64,000 bases of DNA from Lytechinus pictus (Eukaryota). Positions 55,401 through 64,000 of this stretch are shown one piece after another; positions within the stretch are counted from its first letter, which is position 1, and each line of letters opens with the position of its first letter. The translations under genes were made by a program, and so were the position numbers. The notes below the pieces were generated by a model, which saw only the letters and a program-made list of their open reading frames with translations, did no database searches and was not told where the DNA came from. The stretch lies in the NCBI RefSeq assembly GCF_037042905.1, contig NC_087251.1, positions 30,754,001 to 30,818,000 of the forward strand. Direction: 5' to 3'.

Positions 55401-58400
55401 CAAACCAACTTGAAGTAAAGGTAGACTGCCTCTTTAATTGGACCATGTTTGATTTGACAATGTGTCACCAGTATGATACGCTGTGGCTGTGGACTGGGTG
55501 GGGATCGGGTGGGGACTCTTTCTATTCATGGAAAGTCGAGGACCAGGGCCCCGTCCTACAAAGAGTTATGATTGATCCAATCAATCGTAACTCTTTGGAA
55601 ATCCATCAGTGTCATAATTTTTTACAGGAAATTTGCAAACTGTCCTTTGTAAACAAAGGAGAACACACCAAATAGTCAAGAAATCAATGAATTTATGGAT
55701 ATGCATTCATATCTAGAATTTTTTTTGAATAAACATGCATTTTATATGTTGACTTTGCTGGCTTTCCATGTTTACGATTGATCGAATCAATCGCAACTCT
55801 TTGTAAGACGGGCCCCAGAACAGTACGGACTATTTGAGTGATGTTATTATTAGGACTTTGTCCACACTAAATGTGCACTCAATCTCATCTTGGAATTATT
55901 TAACAAGATTCTCAAATAGTCCATAGGCCTACTCAAGTTTCATCTGATTTACCCATTGAAGTCACCATGACTATCATCAAGACTAAATCACACTGCACTA
56001 CATCTAGTTCAGAATTAACGAACCTAATTTTCATTGGGTCCGAACTATTCTGATTCGGACTATTTGAGGGGGAATCCATGAAAGCCGGACAAGTTCCGTT
56101 CTTTAATGTCTGAACATTTCTTCTTTCTATTTTTTTGTTTGTATACTCTTACATGTATATCATTCTGGGATGATACATGTCTGAATGACTACTATGACAA
56201 AGAACATTATGAATCACAGACAATAAGGAAATACACATAATCACAAATTATGACATGATTCAGTATGTGAGAAGCCATCCCAAGCGCTTAATCCCTGATG
56301 AACACTGGAATTAGATTACAGACAGCGTACGTCAGTAATCGCCTGAGAGCAGGCGGTTTCTGAGTAACAGCTCGGCGGAGGAATTGTCACTGTTTGACAG
56401 GAAATCCAGAAGGAGGGCTCTGATTACATTGCAGGCCTGATACCAACAAAATTCAATATTAACACAAAAGAGTGTAGGAGAAAGTCTTAAGGAATACCAT
56501 CATATTCAAATTATTAACAGTACTATTGCTTTACACTCTCAGAAGTACATTTTATGAAAAATATGTCATAACCTTGACACATTTTGATTAGTTGAAAGAA
56601 ATGTATCATCTTGACTGTGTAGCACCAAGAGTATCATATCTGACAACATTTGTGCTAAATAAAACTTATAATTATTTTCATTGTCCTTATCATTTTCCTT
56701 ATCACTATCATTATAATACTAATTATTATTATTTACATCATTCATTTCATTTCTCGTCAACATCATTGTCACTTTCATTATTATTATCATCATTATTATT
56801 ATAATCAATCATCCTTAAGCAAATAGGGATGAGTACACATTAGTTTTGCAAAGAAAATTCATTAATACCAATACGTTTTGCTGATAAGAATTCAATCAGT
56901 CATTCTCCCCTTGCTAGAAATTATTGATATCCACTGTAACTTTTTAGATGTATTCATCAAAAGAATACCATGGCAACCAACAAAATGGCAAGAAAGAGAA
57001 AATATGATTAAATATACATGTTAACATGCTCAATTAATCATACACAAAGCCAAGCATACATATGAGCATGGCATATACATGTATACATTAATAGAAAATA
57101 TTTAGCGATGCAATAGATTTCCCTCTAAATGGAAACTGGATGAAAGCATTCTATTATTTTCCAATTCATTTCCATTATATATTGTATCAGGCAAGAATGA
57201 AATTGATTCTTTGTTGCATTTCAAAGTACACAGTGAATTCAATGAGTTAAACTCAGAGTAAGCATCCACAACATTATCACGGTAGTACATGTATCTTTTT
57301 AACCCCCCCCCCCCCAAAAAAAAAAAAAGTAATGTCTTTCATTAAGATTGTAATCAGTATAAACTACCAAATTAAAAAATTGTACAATAACATTAAAAAA
57401 ACTTCCAATATGTGTTGACACAGTGAAGCCAGAAAGAATTCAAGGCCCCGTAACCTCAGGAAAATAACAGTAAAAGGAATACTTTGCATGTCAATACATG
57501 CCCACAAATTTTGCTTTTACAAGATACACATCATGCAGTTTAGTCTATTTTGTATTTTTCAAAACCCATAAAAATGCTGTAAAAAACATCAAGTTATTAT
57601 CTCATTGTTCATATGAATACTGTACATAATGTTTCACAGTGATTTAATGATCTTCCTGTGAAAAGGAAGAGGGGCTTATTCTCATTCATTGATGTCATGA
57701 TACCTGAGTGAAAGGACGAAATGTAAATGAACAATACCTACCCCTAGGAATATATTATTTGTTGAGTTGAAGCCTGCTGCATATATCCTCGCTGTATGTG
57801 GAGGACTTCTTTCTACAATGATGCGACAGGCAAACCGTGATATCGTGCTCTCGGAGACAACGCAATCCTTCTGTGTTTTCGCACCAGGAACTGTATCCAT
57901 GACGACAAAGTCTATAACTGGTTCAGTTGATCTACCAATCTGTAATGTCAGAATGAGGGATTAGAGACGTATCAAGGCAAATAAACATTGTGTGCTTTGA
58001 TACTCTACTGCTTGCCAATAATAGAACAGCTATATATGGCATTTTAATTTGAATTAATTTGGTACGATAAATTTCATTTTATCGTCTTTACACGTTTCAC
58101 TTCAAAAGAGCAATTTATTGGTCTTCCAGTTTAACCCTAAAATGGCCGGGGGGGGGTTGAATCAACCCCCCCCTCAACATTTTCTGCGATCATTCTGCCG
58201 CGCGAAATTTTTTGACCGTGCCACTCGCAGAGTTTATACTTTTAAGTCTCGCGCATCTTTTGAGACCAAATTTACGACGCCCGGGTACGCGGTTCCGAAA
58301 TTACGCAACATTTTGTAAGTGCATGTCAGACCAAAACTTGTTCCAAAACGTGATTTTGTGTCCAAAGTCAATGCAAATTGAGTTTTCTCATCTTATTCAT

Positions 58401-61400
58401 AAAGATATGATTATTTTTACTTTAAACAGCTGAAAGCAATTGATTTTAGCATAATTATGCTTCAAAAAGGTTGTGCAATAAATCTGGTCAAAAAAACAAA
58501 GAAAAACAAAAGGTTGAAAAACAAAGAAATACATAAGAAATTCATAAAACAATAAAATACATAAGAAATTGATTTCCAAACCGAAGTTTTTTTTCAATTG
58601 CCATTGTTAAGAATGCAACAAAGAATATTTTTACCAAAAATTAGCATTCTAGGAGCTTTATTTAGTGAATTAGAGCAAAAAGTATGATTTATGCATAAAT
58701 TAGCATAATTAATTCATATAAAATAAAATCTCATTATTTTGGAAAATTTTACCATACAGCCTTGTAGATTACATCGCACACTACCAGCGTGCAAATTTTT
58801 GCGGCGCTAGCGCGATCGGCGGCCGAGATCTCAGGGGGGGGTTGAATCAACCCCCCCCCGGCCACAGAACAGCCAAAAAAGCCCGGCCTAGTTAGGGTTA
58901 AAGGAGTATCAATACGAAGCTGTTACCAATAATATGTTATTTAACATGGATAATGTCGGCTGCAAATTTATTCTTCTCCACAAATTTCATTATATAGAAG
59001 AGCGATTGACTTTAAAGATGAAAATGAAAACAATAGTTACACCCACAAGTCCTTCAAGACATATTGATATGTTGCATAACATAAAGAAGATATTAATATA
59101 CTACTGTATATCAGCAAGAAATTGATCTACACGTATACACCATACATTAGGGCTCCGTAACGGAAAGCTTAGCTATTGATCATAGAACAATTCTTTACGA
59201 CTTATTGTACTATCCACAATATACAATCAATCGCAAAAAATCAATCATACAATCAGACGTTAAGCTTTGTGTCAAGAGACCTAGATCTTCCATTCTTCCT
59301 ACCTGGAACATATCTGTTGAGGAATCACTTGCATATTCTACAACCACCGTCTGATGCCTTGATAACGTGTATGCTATCGTGTGTTTACTACTGCTATTCT
59401 TGATTGCCTGGAAAAAAGAGAGGGAGCAAATTATTCACCATTTTCACACAACCATAAAAAGGCTCAGCCCAGACTTTGGTTTGAAATATTCACAACATCA
59501 TTAAAAATGCACATTTTAATGATCATTCTCACTTAGCTTTAAAGATTTCGTTGCAATGTTGGAAGTGCTCAAATTGTGTGAACTCTAGGTCAGCGACTGA
59601 CAAAGTGAACTGAGGGTTTTGTTTATTTTCAACTAAGTGATTTTTTTATATATGCCATGCTTTTGACATGATGATATTTAAAGGAAAAGGCATTCCATGA
59701 TAGAGAAGAGATACTCAGTGAAACTCAAAGGTTATGCTTTAATTAGGGTCATTCATTGCTGGGGGTGATTTACTTTGCACATGATTAGTAGAAAAATTCT
59801 GATAAAGCATGAGAAAGAAAAGAATGATATGCAAATTACAAAAAGAACTTGTATGCATGTCTACATGTTTTTTTTAATTAATTATTAACTGCTTATTATT
59901 AACTGCTTATCAATATGTATTTTCAAGCTTGAAATGTAACAAATAATTATATAAGCAGAAGATTTATATAAATAAAATGAATGAAAACAAGCATCTGTAT
60001 TTTTTATAATTATTTTAATCAACGAAACATATTTTTATTATTATAGGACTAAATCACAAATTTATAAATAGGTTCCAAAGAGTAGCTTTGCAATATCATT
60101 GGCAGTTTGATATTGTGTCATTCAATTTCAATTTCAGGAGTTACTGCAACTTCATATCCACAGCTAGAAGTGGTAATTATGTAATGATTGTTGATCAAAC
60201 ACCATGTGTGATAAATCCATATTTTATTTTGTACCTGTGAATGATCATATCACCACTGCTGATTGATAAAATGATCAATCACGGTTAACATCTGTAAGGG
60301 GACAAGTTGTCTACCACTCGGGCACAAAAATGTAATTTCAATGGCAACCCTATAAAAAACCTTGGTTTTGATTGGCTATGAAGCACTCTCGATGCAGTAT
60401 TCCAAATACATCTCTATATAAAATAATCCCTGTAAAATTGGTCATTACGTCGTTTCCGAAGTTTCCTCGGCAATTATCTCATGAATACTGTATTTGATTG
60501 AAACAATGATGATGATGATGGGCAGACATATTTCCTACCAAGGGACTGACTGGACCAAATGCTAAATGGTTACCTTGATGCAGACAAAAGAAGTGTATTA
60601 CACAATAGATCAAAATGACTATAAATATAAGGACACAATAGGGATGAGTGGAAGATTGGATGGGTGAACATGCTTGCTTGGTTGTTGACAGTGTTTGTGT
60701 GCTGACTGACATGTAGGCCGATTTCCAGGAAGAGACTAACAGGTATAAGATGCAGATAGTCTAGACAGACGAGGGAATTGTATGATATACCACACATGTG
60801 AATATGATCGATCATAACATGCCAGTGCATGCTCTGTAGGCTGTGCTGCACCAGCCCGAATTTGCTCAATCTCTAGATTTTAGCCCGATCGGCCCTCTTC
60901 GCGATTAATCTCGAGATTCAAGAAACCCCGTCTCCACCATCGCAGGAAGAGCGATTCCTGCTAGAGCGAGGCATCGATGCATTATGGTCTGATGCCATGA
61001 ATAATCCCTAGTGCATCTGCACCTGCGAATTAGCAGGATAATTCGTAAAATAGCGCGCTATTTTGCAAATAATCCCAAGTTGACCTTGGATTGTAATCTT
61101 GAGATTAATCCTACGAACTAGCGCAATAATTGCGTCTCCATTACAAATGATCTCGAGATTGTTCAGATCGGGATAATGTGCCGGATCAGAAATAGCACGC
61201 TAATTTGAAAACTCGGGCTGGTGCAGACGGCCCTTGTGATTGAATGTAATTCAGTCTTATGATGAAATCATTCCTCTGATGACTGGTTAATGCATGACAG
61301 CTATAAAATTGATCATCATGTAGGCTTTATAATTATGCAGGTATAATATTCTATGAAATACTTTCCAATGCTATGCAAATTTTTATGCATTTTCCTCTGT

Positions 61401-63700
61401 TTTTCATTGCTTGATGTCGTAGCCATGGCAATGCAGTACCAGACGCATTTGAAAAATGGTTCTTGCACATATTCACTTCAAGTCATGCACCCAACCCCCC
61501 CCCCAAAAAAAAAAAGGAAGAAAACTATAATTTGCTAAGCATGAATGGTTGTCCATAGAATATGTGTTCAATTCATTTCTGCAGGAGGGATCACTACCCA
61601 TCTACAGAGTGCAGTGTGAATGGAAATGAAAATATCAACTATCAACTGTTTCTCATTGTCAGTTTGTCTGACTCAGACTTGTGAGAGAACTTTTCTCAGA
61701 ATACATGTATAAACCAGTGTGGTATTTCACACTGAACATGCCTACATGTACAGTATGTTGTACTCATTTCACAGAAATCAAGACTGGTGAATGTCTGGGT
61801 CACAGGTTGATGATCCAAACCAGGATGCTAAAAGCCATCGCATTTCAGTATGGAGACAAACAAGCAATGTTAGACATTACGAGAGAACTACAATGGTGTT
61901 TATCAATTGTAAAAACTTTAATGTTAGAAAGGTTTATGATGATAGGCCCTTACGCATGCATAATCCTGTAAGAAAAAAAACTATTTTCAAATTTATAATG
62001 AATCTTTTGACTAGAGAAACTACCTGATGATTACTTTTCAGTGTATAGAAGCATACTACATGTACATGGGTTTAATAGTTAGAACGATGGTAAGCCAGGC
62101 TTGTACATAATGCTGCAAAAAATTATGCTTTCTTTGATTGCTTTGACTTTGATTCAAGAAACCATATATCATGCTGGCTCAATAACATGTTAATATGTTA
62201 GTCCTATTGCATCTATGTCCAAGAAATCTTGCTTTCTTTACCTTCTTGATAACAGGTGATTCTTGCTTAATATTACTCTTCATCTGGAAAAGGAAATGGA
62301 TTGGTGAATCATATTGAAAGACTGTGGACTATTCCCTGTCATAATTAGGTATTACATGCAAATCAATTAAAAGTTTTTTTGTTTTTTTTAATAATCACAT
62401 TTCTCCATTCCATATGCGATTAAAATGCCATTCAATATTATACATGTATATATTATCTTCCTGACTCATGCAGTCCTCATTACTTGGTCATGAAAAATTC
62501 CTCTTGATGTTATCAACAATGATGACCATGATATTGATAACTGATGATTGTAATGATGATGATAATGATGAAGATGGTGATGGTAATGATTAATAATGGT
62601 GATGATCATGGTGACAATAGTGACAGTGATAATTAAGATGATCAAGATGATAAAGATGAAATACTAGTATATCACTTAGAAAAAGTTCTGTATGCAGTTC
62701 TTTAGTTGTTGCCATGTCATTCAAAACTCTATGCACCTTTCATATTGTTGAGAACATCCCTGTCTATTCTAATTGTACAAAATCTGATGTTGGAAAATAT
62801 GTTTGTTTCTTCATATATTTATTATATACATGTACATTAAAAGTATATTCCCGCATGACTGGAAAGACTCTACTTAAAAGTACAATATAAATCATACTCC
62901 GTTCCTGTTTTATTTTACGTTCTGCTATGAAGAAGTTTTTTTTTAATCCATCTCGTTCCAGTTGATGATAACAATTTCGCTACCAATAAAACCCACTAAA
63001 TCACTGATGAAATCTTCACTGTTTACTGAAATTACTTGTGCTTTGAATAACAAAATGCATAATTTGCATAACCCCATTTTTGTTGCAAGGGTATTAAGAG
63101 CACCCAAGCTGTTAACATTGTTGGACGTCAAACATTAATCAGTATTCCCATTCTATTGGAATTACCATAAACCTAATTACTCCCTTATTAACATACATCA
63201 CCTCAAACCAAATCAATACCCTTAATTGTAATAATATCATGACCTACTGATCACAAAGGATACATAATGCACTAAAGGCCTACATGCTATTAAAATTGTT
63301 TAAATATATGGGTACAGAAATAAAATATTCATCAAAGTAGAATCACTTGCCTGGAATAAAGGGTGAAAGATATACATGAACATGTAACAAGTTCTATATT
63401 GTTTAAAACAGCATTCTGAAATGTTGGTCCATACTCCATGGAACAATATCTGGCCATTGATCTTTCTTTGATGGGCATCTTTCTTTCATTTTTTAGATAA
63501 TATATTTTCCATTTTGTGTTGGTGTTTCTTTTTTTACGGGGGGGGGGGGGAGGGGGGTATGTTAACGAACCTCTCCTTGTTTTGAAGCGTTGATTTCATA
63601 CTGTTTGTCGGGTTTCACTCCATTAGCTGTATCTCTCTTAAAAAGCCCAAAGGTACTCCGCCTTCTACCTCGGTTCCCGGCTGGAAGAACTCCATTGTAT
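43320..63700 (-). CDS. PELI: Pellino E3 ubiquitin ligase (FHA + RING-like), 5'-partial; exons 63571-63700, 59303-59407, 57742-57939, 52676-52861, 47240-47338, 45957-46064, 45347-45466, 44615-44730, 43320-43446
   Basis: Recognisable Pellino motifs: ANGVKP, DMFQIGRSTE, STISRFACRI, MDGLTTNGVL, RPQCPIGFNTL, CGHVHGYH, CGHVCSEK, PHGTHAFQAACPFC. All introns GT-AG and phase-consistent; the first coding exon lies beyond the window. Confidence 0.97.
44181..44583. mobile_element. Kolobok-like non-autonomous element in a Pellino intron
   Basis: TAAAAGGTAAAAGACAGTAGTTG versus CAACTGGTATTTATCTTTAA; related fragment at ~6063-6125. Confidence 0.6.
44615..44730 (-). CDS. PELI: Pellino exon
   Basis: VGTYEALIMGNEASFYVDQGPPSHAFCPCGHVCSEKSA. 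Confidence 0.95.
44798..45040 (+). mobile_element. Degenerate tRNA-derived SINE
   Basis: A-box-like TGGTACAGTGG and B-box-like AGTTTGAATCC at tRNA-like spacing. Confidence 0.5.
45347..45466 (-). CDS. PELI: Pellino exon
   Basis: VMEEKQPYAYLKCGHVHGYHVWNSIDTLKNTERMCPMCRE. Confidence 0.95.
45957..46064 (-). CDS. PELI: Pellino exon
   Basis: TQRHLERLRQDINDTRPQCPIGFNTLVLPKNRQSSK. Confidence 0.95.
47240..47338 (-). CDS. PELI: Pellino exon
   Basis: IEDEDNILEDGTLVDLCGATLLWRSAMGLVNTP. Confidence 0.95.
51316..51593 (+). mobile_element. Full-length tRNA-derived SINE with conserved-core-like body and (TAT)n tail
   Basis: A box TGGTCTAGTGG, B box GGTTTGATTCC, core CCTTCAGCAAG...AAATGGGTACC, tail GCGCTATACAAAT...TATTATTATT. 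Confidence 0.85.
51969..52332. repeat. 181-bp direct tandem duplication
   Basis: TGAACTTATTCTCAGAG...GTAACTAGAAAC twice, with only a few mismatches. Confidence 0.95.
52676..52861 (-). CDS. PELI: Pellino exon
   Basis: EKACKWKTESGMDGLTTNGVLIMRP...WREVSVCGNVYSLRETRSSPQRGKL. Confidence 0.96.
53681..53951. mobile_element. Harbinger-like MITE (copy 1)
   Basis: GGCCCCGTCTTACAAAGAG / CTTTGTAAGACGGGCC TIRs; CWG flanks. Confidence 0.9.
55546..55815. mobile_element. Harbinger-like MITE (copy 2)
   Basis: Same family and orientation as 53681; CAG target duplication. Confidence 0.9.
57742..57939 (-). CDS. PELI: Pellino exon (FHA core)
   Basis: IGRSTEPVIDFVVMDTVPG...STISRFACRIIVERSPPHTARIYAAGFNSTNNIFLG. 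Confidence 0.96.
58135..58897. mobile_element. Intact piggyBac-like MITE with TTAA target duplications
   Basis: TTAA|CCCTAAAATGGCCGGG ... CCCGGCCTAGTTAGGG|TTAA; subterminal GGGGGGGTTGAATCAACCCCCCC palindromes at both ends. Confidence 0.92.
59303..59407 (-). CDS. PELI: Pellino exon
   Basis: AIKNSSSKHTIAYTLSRHQTVVVEYASDSSTDMFQ. Confidence 0.95.
60838..61234. mobile_element. Harbinger-like TIR element
   Basis: CTGCACCAGCCCGA versus TCGGGCTGGTGCAG; CpG-rich interior. Confidence 0.8.
62242..62283 (-). CDS. Candidate alternative 42-nt Pellino exon (MKSNIKQESPVIKK)
   Basis: TCCATTTCCTTTTCCAG acceptor, AAG|GTAAAG donor, phase 0-0 within a phase-0 intron, no stop. Confidence 0.45.
62505..62662. repeat. 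Degenerate (GAT)n low-complexity tract
   Basis: Direct reading. Confidence 0.8.
63571..63700 (-). CDS. PELI: Pellino exon (most 5' one in the window)
   Basis: YNGVLPAGNRGRRRSTFGLFKRDTANGVKPDKQYEINASKQGE; TAG|A acceptor, GAG|GTTCGT donor. Confidence 0.92.
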
Positions 63701-64000
63701 CTACAAAGTCAATCAAAACAGTCAGAATGGTATTCATAACATATATCAATAACAAACAAAACATGATTCTGTGTTTACTTAGAGTTACAATCACAATGTT
63801 TACTGATAAATGTTTACTCATAACAGAATTAGTATTTAACATGATATTCAAAATACAATGCCTATCAAATTAAAAATTACTCATATTTACAAATCACAAT
63901 TTCATTTTCACATTTCCTAATGTGAAAAATAATTATCATCACATATAACAAATATATTCACTCTCATATGATACTGCTGCTACTAATGATAATGATATAT

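Noticed and set aside
63601..63630. Possible frameshift in the Pellino exon
   Set aside because: Rechecking gives AAT GGA GTG AAA (NGVK) in frame; the track ORF 63615-63851 is an off-frame reading.

Overview
AT-rich, intron-containing animal genomic DNA. An invertebrate deuterostome such as a sea urchin is inferred from the repeat types and gene content, but this is not proven. Two convergent protein-coding genes can be spliced by hand with consistent GT-AG boundaries and phases. (1) A + strand NR1-group nuclear receptor (most like NR1H: LXR/FXR/EcR), with five coding exons at 24715-30459 giving about 900 aa. It has a variant P-box (CEGCKSFFLRS) and an insertion of about 340 aa between LBD helix 1 and helix 3. 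(2) A - strand Pellino E3 ligase with nine coding exons at 63700->43320; its first coding exon lies outside the window. The left end holds a satellite followed by an interstitial (CCCTAA)n array. The rest is a patchwork of nested non-autonomous DNA transposons, LINE fragments, tRNA-derived SINEs, microsatellites and short tandem duplications. The best leads are the receptor insertion, a Penelope-type minimal hammerhead ribozyme at 20117-20155, a candidate 42-nt in-frame Pellino microexon with a SUMO-type motif, a hairpin array in the Pellino 3' UTR and a candidate bidirectional promoter near 2.2 kb. No prokaryotic-type system (CRISPR, operon) is present, and most short ORFs in the supplied track are spurious.
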